Part shown: positions 15,228 to 32,740 of the stretch, piece by piece | Position numbering within the stretch: the stretch's first letter is position 1 | Layout of the letters: each line of letters begins with the position of its first letter | Assembly: GCF_009914755.1 (NCBI RefSeq) | Contig: NC_060928.1 | Strand: one strand, 5' to 3' | DNA: 64,000 bases | Source: the human T2T-CHM13v2.0 reference genome, Homo sapiens | Position numbers and translations under genes: made by a program | Notes under the pieces: model-generated | What the model was told of the DNA's origin: nothing | Databases searched by the model: none | The model's input: only the letters and a program-made list of their open reading frames with translations

Positions 15228-16120
15228 ATATAGATATATTCTCCTTATTTTATATATATATATATTCACCTTATTTTTTTATATATATATTCTCCTTATT
15301 TTTATATATATATTATATATAAAAATATATATTATATATATATTATTAAATATAAATATATTCTATTAAATATAAATATATATTTATATATAAATATATA
15401 TTTTATGTATATTTATATATAAATATATATTTTATGTATATTTATATATAAATATATATTTTATGTATATTTATATATACATTTTATGTATATTTATATA
15501 TAAACATACATTTTATGTATATTTATATATAAACATACATTTTATGTATATTTACATATTAACATATACACATACATTTTATGTATATTTACATATTAAC
15601 ATATACACATACATTTTATGTATATTTACATATTAACATATACACATACATTTTATGTATATTTACATATTAACATATACACATACATTTTATGTATATT
15701 TACATATTTACATATACACATACATTTTATGTATATTTACATATTTACATATACACATACATTTTATGTATATTTACATATTTACATATACACATACATT
15801 TTATGTATATTTACATATTTACATATAAACATACATTTTATGTATATTTACATATTTACATATAAACATACATTTTATGTATATTTACATATTTACATAT
15901 AAACATACATTTTATGTATATTTATATATTTACATATAAACATACATTTTATGTATATTTATATATTTACATATAAACATACATTTTATGTATATTTATA
16001 TATAAACATATATTTTATGTATATTTATATATTTATATATAAACATATATTTTATGTATATTTATATATTTATATATTTATATACATATTATATATATAT
16101 CTCCTTATTTTATATATATG
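15228..16120. repeat. AT-rich compound minisatellite with 29-bp and 37-bp units
   Basis: Anchor ttttatgtatattt recurs at 29-bp spacing (ATG at 15405, 15434, 15463) then 37-bp spacing (15544, 15581, 15618 to 15988). Confidence 0.95.
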
Positions 16121-16738
16121 TATTATCCTTATTTTTAAGCATGCAAATCCTTAATAAAGATGTACATTTACGCAGGACAAGGAGATATGCACAAAACTAA
16201 TACATGTCACACATGCATGCATGAACAGAATCCAGTTTCTGATTGGCCCAGGTAAATCTCCAGTACAATAGATGGTCTAATGATTCTTTCCCACTGGCTT
16301 CAGACAGCTGTTAAGAGCTACTATAAATCCTTATTCTCAGGCATAAAAGCTAATTACTATCATAGGTTAAGAATCAATTTTCTTCTTTCCTCTGCTGCAG
16401 TAGTCTACATAAAGGAGATTTTTAGGCCTGATATCAGGACATTTATTCTTGTTCACAGTAAGAAACAGCTAACTGTATTGTTGGTCAGATTGTTATAGTG
16501 ATTCTCATGTTAAGGACTGTGCACACTGTCTATACATTGATGCAATAAATGTTATTGGAAAGCAGGTTCAGGGACATTTTCTAAAATGGAGTTGTATACG
16601 TGATGATATAAAACCTCACGTAAAGTCTCTGCAAAGAGTACATGCACCACGTGCAAGAGTTCTTTAGTGAGCCTTTATTTAGAGCTCTTGAATCTTTTAC
16701 TCAATGTCTTATGTCAGTTTTGAAAAATTCCAAGCCAT

Positions 16739-17116
<378 letters not shown>

Positions 17117-17376
17117 CTATCCTTATTCAGTGCTTCTTCTTGGACTTCAGAACAAAATGTTAGATTTTTCATTAAGTTGTGTATAGCTATTATACTCATT
17201 TCTTTTTCATTTTTCTCATGCTATTATTATGCATCAATCTATTATCCTGTATTGCAGTTTAATAATTGTATACTCTATTTAAAAAATAGTTAAACTCATT
17301 TATTGAGCTCTTCATGTTAAACCTTTCATTTTTTAGTTCTTGACTTGTCATTTGAATCTCTTCTGGATTGTCATTT

Positions 17377-17672
17377 GGCCAGGCACGTTGGCTCAGGCCT
17401 GTAAGCCCAGCACTTTGGGAGGCCAAGACGGCCAGATCCCTTGAGGTCAGGAGTTTGAGACCAGCCTGGCCAACATGGTAAAACCCCGTCTCTACTAAAA
17501 ATAAAAAAATTAGACAGGTGTGGTGGTGGGCACCTGTAATCCCAGCTACTTAGGAGGCTAAGGCAGGAGAATCGCTTGAACCCAGGAAGCGGAGATTACA
17601 GTGAGCCAAGATCACACCACTGCACTCCAGCCCGGGTGACAGAGCAAGACTCCATTGCACACACAAGAAAAG
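17377..17672 (+). mobile_element. AluS (Sx/Sz-like)
   Basis: Full dimer, ttgaggtcaggagtttgagaccagcctggccaacatgg; decayed tail. Confidence 0.93.
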
Positions 17673-18681
17673 GAGATTGTCGCTGGGACCTTTCTATCTC
17701 ACTGGTGAAATTCACAATATTGTCTTTATTTACTTAAACATATAAGTAAAAATTATTTTAATGTTCATGTCTAAAAACTCCCATTTTTTGTTTATCTTTT
17801 ATTATTATTGTCTTATTTTTTCTTTTCTTTCTGATCCTTTCTCTAGACATGCTGGGCCATTTTAGATCGTTGTATAAGAAAGCACTGTAAAAACTCAAGG
17901 TGATGTGATGTTCCTCCTGGAAGGATTTTGTGTGTGTATTTATTTATTTATTTATTTTGGAAAGTCAACCAAATAGGAACAGAATACCTTGTATCAATCT
18001 GGAGCAAATGATTGGAGAAGGGGTTTTAAATTATTCTGCACCAATCAATTTCCAGTTTCCTCTTCCTCCCTGAGTATCTCCTTTCAGAGGTTGCAGTTGA
18101 AAGCCTGGGTATTTACTGGGGACCTTTCTGCTTGGTTTGCTCTGAACTCACAACTGTTTCCTCAATACTTCAAGGCTACCAGGAGCTCTCCTTTGCTTTG
18201 TCTCTCCATTTTTGCTTTATATTTGGCTTCTTCTCCTCTTTTTCCATTCATCTTCAAAATCTACAAGTACTATAAAGAGAAAAATGGACAAAATGCATAT
18301 GGTTTCCTATTCTCCAGAATCCTAGTTTCCCAATTCCTAGCTGCCTTGGTAGCCCAGAACTTCAGTTTTTGTCTCTTAGTCCTGGGAGGCTGAAAACACG
18401 CTGACCCCCTACTTTCTATTCAAATGGATTCTGCATCAATAAAGAGTCAGTCAATGTCTTATCCAGTGAATCAAACCATTTCTGTTCTGGAGTTTGGCCA
18501 CTCACATTTTGATTTTACTGAATATTCTCTGATGGCTTTAAGGAGCAATTTTGTTGTTTTTGTTTTTGTAATTCACACATCATCTACAGTTGTTGCTTTC
18601 ACAGACAGATTGGTCTGGTAAAATATAATCTGTCATAATCAGAAGTGGAAGTTGTATAAGACTCTCCCTAAAAGGTTTTAA

Positions 18682-18986
<305 letters not shown>

Positions 18987-20456
18987 TAAATAAGATTTTT
19001 GATTGAAGATGTGTAAGCAGAAAAAAATTAAAATAATAAGGGAGCATGATAAGTGTAAAAATGGGCAAGGAATTCCTGAGAAAAGAGAATAAGAGAAGGA
19101 GGACAACTCCAAAATGTTTTACAAAACGAATCAAATTGAAATTTTTAAAAGCGTTTTGCTTTAGGAAAAAAAAAAACAAAAAAACAGCTAAAGTAAATAT
19201 TTGTAAGGTGTTTGCCATCCAGTCAAGTAAAACAGATTGATTTTTATCTGTAAATTGTTTTTCACTGTGAAAATCAGCTGGCTTCTGTTGTTAGAAATCA
19301 GAACACAGTGCATTAGGCTGAATAAATGTGTTGCCTAGTAAACTGGCATGGAACTAAATTACATTCAACTGGTGAGTAGTTTAACGATTTTTTTCTGTAA
19401 GATGTGAACATGTATATCTCAAATGGTGTGTCTTACTCAGTCAAATTTGTAGACAGAGAGCTTATAAGCCTAACAGAAAGATAAGAGAAGTCATAAAAGT
19501 GATGAGGCAAAGCAGATATCCAAACAGCAAAAGTGTTCTAATTTATCTGTGAACATTTAACTGAAATTAATTCTTATATTGTGACAGCAAGTATCGACGG
19601 CCTGTATGCATGAGTTAGAGTCATTCATTGTGAGAATTATAAAGATGATCAATGACTTGGCTTTCTGACAAGTAATATTATGAATACATTAAAATTTCTT
19701 GTCCTATTCATGAAGTATCTATCCACTCATGAACACATCAGACATCCTGAATTGTCAGGTATACATACAGGTATACGTAAAAAAACACATATCGATTTAA
19801 ATATAACATTTTGCAGCACTTATTAGGTGCCCTCTGACTATGTGGCCAATTAATATGAACTTGTGACAAATATACAAAAACTGTCAAGAAAGACTCCTTT
19901 TTGACTGCTAGAAAGGAAGATAGTGATGTATATAAAATCATATGTTGAACCAAATTGGTTGAACATATAAAATGTTTCTGGCATTTAGTAAGTGCTGAGG
20001 ATAGAGAGACACCAAAAGACCACTCAGTCCTGTCCTCAAGAAGCATATAATACAGTTGGGATGGCAGATAAATAATTCGATATATAGGGTAGGATGTGAT
20101 AAATAGTATTCATTTATTTCCTCCACAAATAGTTTTTAATAATATTAAACACTTAAACACAAGTTTAAAGGAGTGAAATTTAAGTTAGTAAAATTAGAAA
20201 ATTCATAAATGTAAAATGAAGAAAATATAATATTTAGACATTATTATATGATATGTTATAATAATTATGGTTTATAATATATTATTATAATAGCCATTAG
20301 CAACATTAGTTAGGAAGTATGAGAGGAGAGATATTTAAAACAAATTGTGTATTTAAAAGAGAATTCTCTGTGGGGGAGGAGATACTATCTAGATTAGGTG
20401 GTAACACTGAGGTGAAGGGACTCTCCAGGCAGAGGAGGGAATACACATAAATAGAA

Positions 20457-21171
20457 TGTGGTGGTTTTTTACTATAAGATTTTAGCCAAGCAGGCACGGA
20501 ATTTTCTAGAACTACTTTCCCTGTATAATTAGGATTTGGCACAAAGAGCTTTAAGTGAGATTTGGAAGGTACAAGAGGAACAGCAGTCATTACAGAAGAT
20601 TAGTACAAGCCTCCATGCATGGCCAACCCTTGGCACATTTGCTGCTGATTCACGGGCTTCTCTCACTGGTGTGCATAGACCCACAGCTCCTCTGCCTGCT
20701 GTCAGATCGCTTCCTTCAGCTTTTCCAAGTCCTGAGTCAGACACGTGTGCAACTCTGGGGTGAAAGACACCAGCTTCTTCTGCAGATTACCTGTATCATT
20801 TGGGTTTGAAGCATATTCTGATGTGTCTTTGTGAATACCAGTTTATTCTCAAGGATTTTAGGTTGTCTTTTCTTTTCTTTTTTTTTTTTTTCTATTTCGT
20901 TTAGAGCTTTTCTTCCTGATGGCTTATCTACCGATCAAAGCAACTTCTACCTCACCAGCAGATACAGAGGCAACTTCTTCCATAGATTTCTTCACCAGTT
21001 TTCCTTAGCTGTCTCCTTGGTAAGTGACTTTTCTCTGATGCTTCAACCGTCTCCTGGAACTTTACTTCACCCACTTTCCCCAGAATTTTGTAAGGCATAA
21101 ATCCTTATAATGTGTTTTATTTTATATCACTCACAGTTGTTCTGGTTCCATGATTGAATCCTAACCTATAC
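20457..21171 (+). mobile_element. Old ERVL solo LTR (LTR41/LTR33-like), flanked by antisense L2 relics
   Basis: Starts tgtggtggttttt...ttccctgtat...gtgagatttggaagg...cagcagtcatt; ends tgattgaatcctaacctatac. Confidence 0.6.
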
Positions 21172-24100
21172 TTATGGTAAATAATTTAAAGTGTTCATCT
21201 AGCAACTATAAATAGATGGTGTGTCTAGAGGAGAGGATGAATGTGGGGAGTAGCAGAAAATAAAGCCAGAAAGAAACCACATTATAATCTATTTTTAGAG
21301 TAGGATTTTGGTTTCTATCTTCTACAAATGTCACTTGCTGCTTGTGAAAATGGATTGGAGTGGCTATATCTACAACAGAAAAAAACTGTAGATTAGACTA
21401 TTGTACATTCAAGAAGATAATGTTAGAAATCTGTACACAGGTAAGAGGGTGGGTGGAGAGGCAGGGAGGGATCAGAGTGAAGTACAAATAAATCTGAATA
21501 AATATTTTAAAGTGTATTTGGTGCTTGTCTTGCCATGAGTCTTTGCACTAGCAAAGGTTTCCCAAACTCAAATCCTTGGTTCTGTTTTTCAAACTGCCTT
21601 TAAGACATAACATAGTGGATGTATTAATTTTATACCTTGTTGAATGTAAGTGAGTATGGATGGGCATACTGAATAAAAATATATTTCTTAACTCGTCTTT
21701 ATCAGGAACATTTGAAATCCTCTGGTTCTTTGGCACCCAAATATGAAGGTCATTTCATCAAAGGCCTAAAATTTTCATAGAGAGGATTTGAGAAAGGTGA
21801 TCTCAATAAAATACAAAAAAAAAAAGGAAGAAAAGCTACAGTAAAAGAAATATTGCTACTTATATATGCAAACGAAGACTGAGGACAACTATTATCAGCT
21901 TTCTACTCTTAAGAATTATTTAAGTTGCTACTCCTACTTCTACATTTGGACATTGGTTTACCATGCCATTTTTCCTTATATATATTTAAAAAATCTCTTA
22001 AAAATTAAAATGGTAGTATGCATGTTTTCAGGCCAAATATATATTTCCAAACTGTTCTAAATTTGTTACTACTGTGTTTTTACTCCTGAGTAATCAATAA
22101 CATTGAGTAATAAAGACAGAATTATTTATGTATAAATAAAAATTCTCATGAGAATTTTTGTCTATTTTTCCTTTTCTGAGTTGAAAAGCAGCCATTTTCA
22201 ACATAGCTAATTGTTGCTACAGTATCATTTTAAATTAATGTGGTACAGTGTATGCTGAAATAGCAGTGGAAAAATATTTAAGTTTTAACAATGCTCTACT
22301 CAGGTAAATATCCCTGCAGGAATCAAAATTAATAAATATTATCTTCAGTATACATAATACAATATAATATCTTTAATAGGAGTTGCCATTTTACTGAATA
22401 TCTTCCATTTGATGTTTGTGAAAAGTTTGTTCATTGACATAGCTCAATAATATTCCATTTTACAAATATACCACAATTAATTAACCTATCCTTCTGTAGA
22501 TAGACATATGGGTTTCTTTCCTTATTATACATCATATTAAACTTTTATATTATGAACAGTTCATTGAATCTATTGATCCATTTGTGGAGAATTTATATCT
22601 TTATGATATTGATTTTTCTTCCTAGAGGTATAATATGCCTTTCCATTTATTTGAATCATTTTTAATGTTTTAAAATTTAGATACATTTAATTAATGTGTG
22701 TGTATCTGTATGTAAGCTTACTGCAATGCTAAACAGGTAAATATTCAGAACACTCTGTAAAAAAAAAAAAAAGTTGAACTTCCACCTTAATTACTGACTT
22801 TTTTTTAATTAATTGTAAGCAGAAATGGGATACTGTTTTCTCTGCCACATTTCTGTCACCTGTGGTCATAATCCCTCGAGCTGTATAAGGGAAGTTGTCT
22901 GTTCAAATCATGCAGTGTTCTTATGTCACAAACCAAAACCTGAGTCTATTATGCTGAGCTAATCTGCTTTGACCTGGGTAATTTCCATCCTGGGTTGATC
23001 TGATCTGCCAGGAGGTTTGGCCGTCAGATTTTGGTGACTTCTGCTCCTCAGAGAATTCTCAGAATCCCAAATTGCACCCCATCTCACTAAGAGTGTGGAG
23101 AGGAAAAGACAGAAGGATAGAAAAAGAGAAGGAGGAGGAAAAGGAAGTATCTATCTACATGTTTATATCTATACCTTTATTTATACTCACAGTAAAGGAC
23201 ATTTGTCAGAATAGCCCCCAAACACTATTGCCGCACCAACATCTATTAAAATATAAACCATCTTTAATAAATACTGAGCTGTGTAAATATTTATTTGCAT
23301 GCAAAAGAAAAGCTCTTTAGTATTCTTAAGCCAGACTGAGCAGTCAACAGATGATTTTGATAAATGTCTGTTCATTACCTGAACATTTCCATTGCAATAT
23401 AAAACAAAGATTTCATCTACATTTTATTTTTGCTCCATGAATGGTTCCACACTTTCTAATCAGTGTTATTTTTAAGATTAAATTTGGATAGTAATGTAAA
23501 TATGGGAGGGGAATGGGTGTCTAAGAGGATTTTCTGGTTCATAGTCATTATAATAGTCACAATATACAAGATAATTTGTAAGTCTAGGCCCCCTTTTGCT
23601 CAGGCAGTCTAATTCTTTATGTCCAAGAATTTTGTCAAAGTAATGTTCTTCATGCTAATAAATATAATAAAAACATACCCTTTTCTGGTAGTTGTCTTCT
23701 TTTAATATTAATATGTCATTTTTCTTCATGATTCTAAAAACAAATATGAACTGCTTTGTAAATATTGGTCAATGAATACTTCATGACACTCCCTTTTGAA
23801 AGGTGTATGACTTGACAGCCGCTATTTAGACATTTCATTTATGTCATGGGTTTTGTTTTCTATTTTTGCTGTTGCTGTTGTTTTAAATCAGGGCTTGATA
23901 TTGATGGGGCAAGATTAGGAAGTAAAGAACCACATAGTTCTCTCTCCTTCATCTCTTCCTGTGTTAATAAATGGTTCCATGATCTAATAAAAGAGCAAAC
24001 ACAGGAAACAATAAGGGGAATCAAAAAGTGAAAACAAAACAAACAAATCTAGAAACAAGCAAACTTTATCTTGAGTTTTGTGGACTTCCTGCAGAGATTT

Positions 24101-24577
24101 CTCAATTCCTGTTTCTACTCCAAATGCATTCATGTGACTAGCATGCTCAGTGAATTGGGCATCTTTTGCTCTTTAAAATTACTTATTTAAGAAAAATTTA
24201 TGTATACTCTGATCCTCTTAACTCTGTTGCATTTGCAGGTTCAGTATGGCCTCTGCTGCTGAAAAGGCTGTGTGCAATGTAAAAAGTGTGTTTAATTCAA
24301 CCTTTTATTAATTCATCTATAATTTTGAAATTCAGTTTTTTATTTTATTGACTAGTTAACATCTGCCAATCACCATTAAACATCGTACAAGTATTATTTT
24401 CTTCACTCTTTACAGAAACCTCATTCTCAATTTACATGTTATAAGTGACATAGCTAAGGTGTAGAGAAGGTGTATGCATGCAAAAATTCACACAATTCAT
24501 ATCAGACGGAGTTAGGACATAAATTCTAGTTCCTTCAAACTTCTTAACATACTGCCACCACAAATTAAGTATCTTAT

Positions 24578-26961
24578 TGGTAATTTATAAGGAACAGAAA
24601 CTTATTAACTTAACAGTTCTGGAGGCTGGAAAGTCCAAGGTCAAGGTATCCCTAGGTTAGGGCCCAGTTTCTCTTTTCTCTGATTCCAAGATGGTGCCTT
24701 GCATGTGGCATCCTCTGGAGGGCAGGGGAATGCTGGATTCTCACATGGCAGGAAGGCAGAGGGTCAAGAGAGAAAAACCAACCTGAAAAGTCCTTTTATT
24801 AATGCACTAAATCCACTCATGAGGGTGAAGTGCTTGTAGTCTAATCACATCTTAAAGACCTCACATCTTAATGTAGTTGCAATGGCAATTAAATCTCAAC
24901 ATGAACTTGGGAGGAGGCATTCAAACTACAGCAATCTGGCCTGACCACCCAAAACTTACATCTTTCTCAAATACAAAATACATTTATTCCATCCCATTAG
25001 CCTCTAATGTCTTACATTGTTCTGGCATCAACTAATAAGTCCGAAGTCCAGAGTCCTATCTAAATTAGATATCGGTGAGACTCAAAGCATAATTCACCCT
25101 GAGGGAAATTCTCTCCAGTTATGAGCCCATGAAATTAAACAAGTGACATACTTCCAAAAGGTGATGGTGGATAAGAATAAAATAGACATCCCATTCCCAA
25201 GTAAAGAAATAGTCAAGAAGGAAGCAGTAACATGTACCAAGTAAGCCCAAAACACAACAGGGCCAGCACATGAAATCATAAGGCTTGGGAATAATCTTTG
25301 ACTTTATACGCCATCTTCCAGACACACTGGGGTGTGAGCTGGACCCCCCTAAGTCCTCAGGAAACCCAACCCCTATGACTTTGCTGGGCTTAGCCCAAAA
25401 AGCAGCTCTCGTGGTTTGGAGTCAGGTGCCTTCATCTTCTCCAGGCTGGCATGGCATGCTGGTACGTCTACAGTTCCAGAGTCTTGAGGTGGCCCTGATC
25501 CCATTTCTCCCTTCGGCATTATCCTAGTGGGGAATCTCTGCAGTGTTTCATCCCCTGAAAAAAGTCTGTTTGTGCCCCAAGGTTCTTTATGACATCCTTT
25601 GAAATCTATGAGGAGGAGCCATACCTCCATAGCTCCTGCATGGTGTGTACCTGCAAAATTAGCACCAACTGGATGCCACCAAGGCTCACCACTTGCACCA
25701 TCTGGAGCAGTGGCTCAAGCCTGCCCTGGGCCTACTCTACCCACAGCTATAATGGCTGAGAAGCACTGTGCCAGAATGTGGGGAGCAAAGACCCTAGGTT
25801 ACACTGGACCACAACACTGAGGTCCCATGCATACCCTGGGCCCATCTCCAAAACAATTCTGCCCTCAAGGCAATAGGGCTCAGAGCCTGTGATAGGAAGG
25901 GCAGCCTCAGACATGTCCAAAATGCACTGGGGGGTCTTTTTCCCATTGTCTTAATGCATAGCACCTGGTTTCCTCGTATCCATAGTAATCTCTTTATCAA
26001 ACAGTTGGTTGGCCATACTCTTGGTATTCCATCTAGAACACACTTATTTATTCTTTACATGATCTGGCTGAGAGTTTTCCAGATCTTTATGTTCTGCTTC
26101 CCTTTTAATCATAAGCTGTCTTTAAATCATTTCTATCTGCTTACATTTTAATATACACAATTAAAGGAAACCACACAGCACCCTGAATGCTTTGTTGCTA
26201 AGATATTTCTTCTGACAGATACCCTAGTTTATCAATCTTAAATTCTACCTTCCATAAAGCTCTAAGTCATCGACACAATTCAGTCAAGTAGTTTGCCAAT
26301 GTATAACAAGGATGACTTTTACTCATTCGCATCTGAGACCTCCGCAAAATTGCCTTTACTGTCCATATTCCTATCAACACTGTTTTCAACCACTTAAGTA
26401 ATCTTTAAATGTTTCAGACTTTCCCTATAGCATTCCTTTTCTTCTGAACCCTCACCAGACTTTTTCAAGCATTAACTTCAAAACTATTTCAGCTTCTATT
26501 CCACTATCCAGTTCTAAAGCCACTTTCCCATTTTGAGGCTGTGTTATAGCAACACTCCACTTCTCTGGTACCAATTTATTTGTGCTGCTATAATGGCATA
26601 CCTGAAATTGTGCAATTTATAAGAAACTGAAATTTATTGGCTCATGATACTGGAGGCTGGGAAGTTCAAGGTCAAGGGATCAGCAGGCCCATGGCCTGAT
26701 TTCTCTGCTTCCAAGATGGTGCCTTGCATGTTGTATCCTCCGAAGACAAGGGAAATGCTGGATTCTCACATTTAAAGACATCAGGGGGCCAACATAGAGA
26801 GTCCATACCAAAAATATCTTTTATTAAGATATTAAACTCTCCCATAAGAATGGATCCCAATGGCCTAATCACTTTGTAAAGTTCCTATCTCTTAATGCTG
26901 TTACAGTTGCAATTAAATCCCACCATGCATTTTGGAGGGGACAAACATTAAAACAATAGCA
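24578..26961 (-). mobile_element. Two-LTR MST-type (MSTC/D-like) MaLR provirus: LTR 24578-24933, internal 24934-26577, LTR 26578-26961
   Basis: Both ends share ctggaggctgg(a/g)aagt..aaggtcaagg, ttccaagatggtgccttgcatgt and aatgctggattctcacat; MST-int-like internal sequence; ctggtaccaattt at the internal/LTR junction. Confidence 0.88.
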
Positions 26962-27378
26962 GTCATACACTTCCTTATTGTTAAAGTGCACATTATAATA
27001 TCTATTTCACAAATTTCTTAGAAGGAGCAATCCCAAGTTACTGTAGGCACAATTCAAAAATAAAAACAATAATCACTGGAGGAGTGATTATTTGAATACA
27101 ATCTTATGGAAATTCAATAGTAAAATAGCCAGAGCAAGATAATAACATTAATTACTACTGTTTGGAATATTAATTGTTTGGCTTTTTATAAACTTTTCTG
27201 TTCATTTTTACTTTTGTTTACTTTTCTGTTCATGACCTACTCTTTGTTAGCCAGAGACTTCCACGTGCCTTTTAGAAGAATTAGGATTGCTGCAAAAGCA
27301 ATAAAAACAGAATCAATGCCCAGTTTATGACTTCTAAAACCAGCATTTATGTACTTATTTTTGAAAGCCGAAGTTTTT

Positions 27379-27699
27379 TCTTGTTTTTGTTTTTTGTTGT
27401 TGTTGTTTGTTTGTTTTGAGACAGAGTTGCACTCTGTCATCCAGGCTGGAGTGCAGTGGTGAGATCTTGGCTCACTGCAACCTCTGCCTCCTGGGTTCAA
27501 GCTATTCTCCAGCCTCAGCCTCCTGAGTAGCTGGGATTACAGGCACCTGCTACCATGATCAGCTAATTTTTGTATTTTTAGTAGAGATGGGGTTTCACCA
27601 TTTTGGCCAGGCTGGTCTCAAACTCCTGACCTCAAGTGATCTGCCTGCCTCGGCCTCCCAAAGTGCTGGGATTATAGGCATGAGCCACAGCACCCAGTC
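27379..27699 (-). mobile_element. AluS (Sx/Sz-like)
   Basis: Antisense dimer with (TTG)/(TTTG) tail; 16-bp TSD GAAAGCC(G/A)AAGTTTTT at 27363-27378 and 27700-27715. Confidence 0.95.
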
Positions 27700-28100
27700 G
27701 AAAGCCAAAGTTTTTAATTATATTTATGTTCTCTATGATTTATCAAGACATGGAGTAAGATAGTGTTTATGAAATGATAATGGAATTCAAGAAGAGACGG
27801 CATCCCCTTTTCTTAAGAAATCAGATAAAAATTACCTAGAAGTCAAGTAAGAAAGAAGAGCTGGTTTGGGCTTAGCCTTTGTAAAGTTCACAAGGAACAT
27901 CCAAGACCCAAAAATGGTGGTTTTGAGTGAGGCTCACTTAAATTTCACACAAAATACATTCAGGGTTCTAGGCTACTGCAGTGATCTGACTAGTTTTGTG
28001 TGTGAACCTGAGCTTTCGCACTTGCCCATGTTATAACCACATTGCTACCTCTCTGTCTCTTTCAACTAAGTGCAGTGAAATTGGTGGCAGGCATTTTTTT

Positions 28101-31470
<3,370 letters not shown>

Positions 31471-32277
31471 ACAAAAGAAATACAGGTTGAGCCATTCCCA
31501 AAAACTAGCTGACACTTGGTACCCAGCCCATGGAAGGGTTGGGGTGATGGCTTTGGATGCCAGCAGGGGAAGGAGGTGTTGTGAACAAGGTAAAGGATGC
31601 CTGCTTGGGTAATGTGGCGTGGAAAACAGGGGTTCAGCCAGCATTATCTGATCACAACCTAGGAATGTAGTAATTGTGGCCTAAAGAGTTCTAGAGAAGA
31701 TATGGCTGAACAATGTGTTATTTTGCGTTTACAGTATTATGTTAAAACTAAATTTAACATAGTCATGAAATGAATTATTATTTATCTTTCCCTGAATAAT
31801 CTAGGTAAGAATTGGATTTGTTGTTATTGTCAATGAACCATAGTAACAACTTTTGAGAGCCATTTGATGCCAATAGTCGTGGGTGTCATAATGGATGATG
31901 CTGTGCCATGAATAAGGATGTAATCTGCATTACATAAATGACATTAGGAAACCACAGAAGCAAGAAGACCTAAATGTTTTAATACAAATAGATTCTGACA
32001 GGCCATGGCATTGTAATAGTAGTATTGTTATATTTTTCCTTTGGGTTAAAGATATGAAATTAGCTAGGCAGATTGCATTTGAAAATAAAGAATGTGAAAA
32101 GATGGCTCCTGGACAAGAACAGAAAGCAATGGTGACTGGACTGGACATTATTAAGAATGTTTATGTGTATTCACTGGAAAATAAACAAATACATAAGTAC
32201 TTCTCTCCACCCTCAATTTTTTTAATCTTCATTGACATGGGTCATAAAATTATAAAATATTTTAAACCAAATTGTTT

Positions 32278-32603
32278 CTGTTTTCGTTTTTGTTTTGAGA
32301 TAGACTCTCACTCTATTACCCAGGTTGGAGTGCAGTGGTGTGATCTCCGCTCACTGCAAGCTCTGCTTCCAGGGTCCTGGTCCAAGCGATTCTCCCACCT
32401 TAGCCTTGTGAATAGCTAAAATTACAGGCGTGCACCACCACACCTGGCTAATTTTTTTGTGTGTTTTTAGTAGAGAGGAGGTTTCACTATTGTTGGCCAG
32501 GCTGGTCTTGAACTCCTGACCTCAACTGATGCACTCGCCTTGGCCTCCCAAAGTGCTGGGATTACAAGCATGAGCCACTGTCCCCTGAGCCACTGCCCCG
32601 TCC
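32278..32603 (-). mobile_element. Alu (old S/J type)
   Basis: Antisense dimer; 12-bp TSD ACCAAATTGTTT at 32266-32277 and 32604-32615; tgagccactg duplicated near its 5' end. Confidence 0.93.
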
Positions 32604-32648
32604 ACCAAATTGTTTATATAAAAAGAGCTCCACAAAAATTGTTGCCTA

Positions 32649-32706
32649 TGCAGTGAGCCATGATCGTGGCATTGAACTCCAGCCTGAGTGACAGAGTGAG
32701 ACTCTG

Positions 32707-32737
<31 letters not shown>
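32649..32737 (+). mobile_element. Severely 5'-truncated Alu (last ~60 nt, AluJ-like) with long poly(A)
   Basis: tgcagtgagccatgatcg...gacagagtgagactctgtct followed by a pure A run; TTGCCTA on both flanks. Confidence 0.9.

Positions 32738-32740
<3 letters not shown>

Noticed and set aside
15618-16154. Tyr/Ile/His-rich repeat ORFs
   Set aside because: Translation of the 37-bp AT minisatellite
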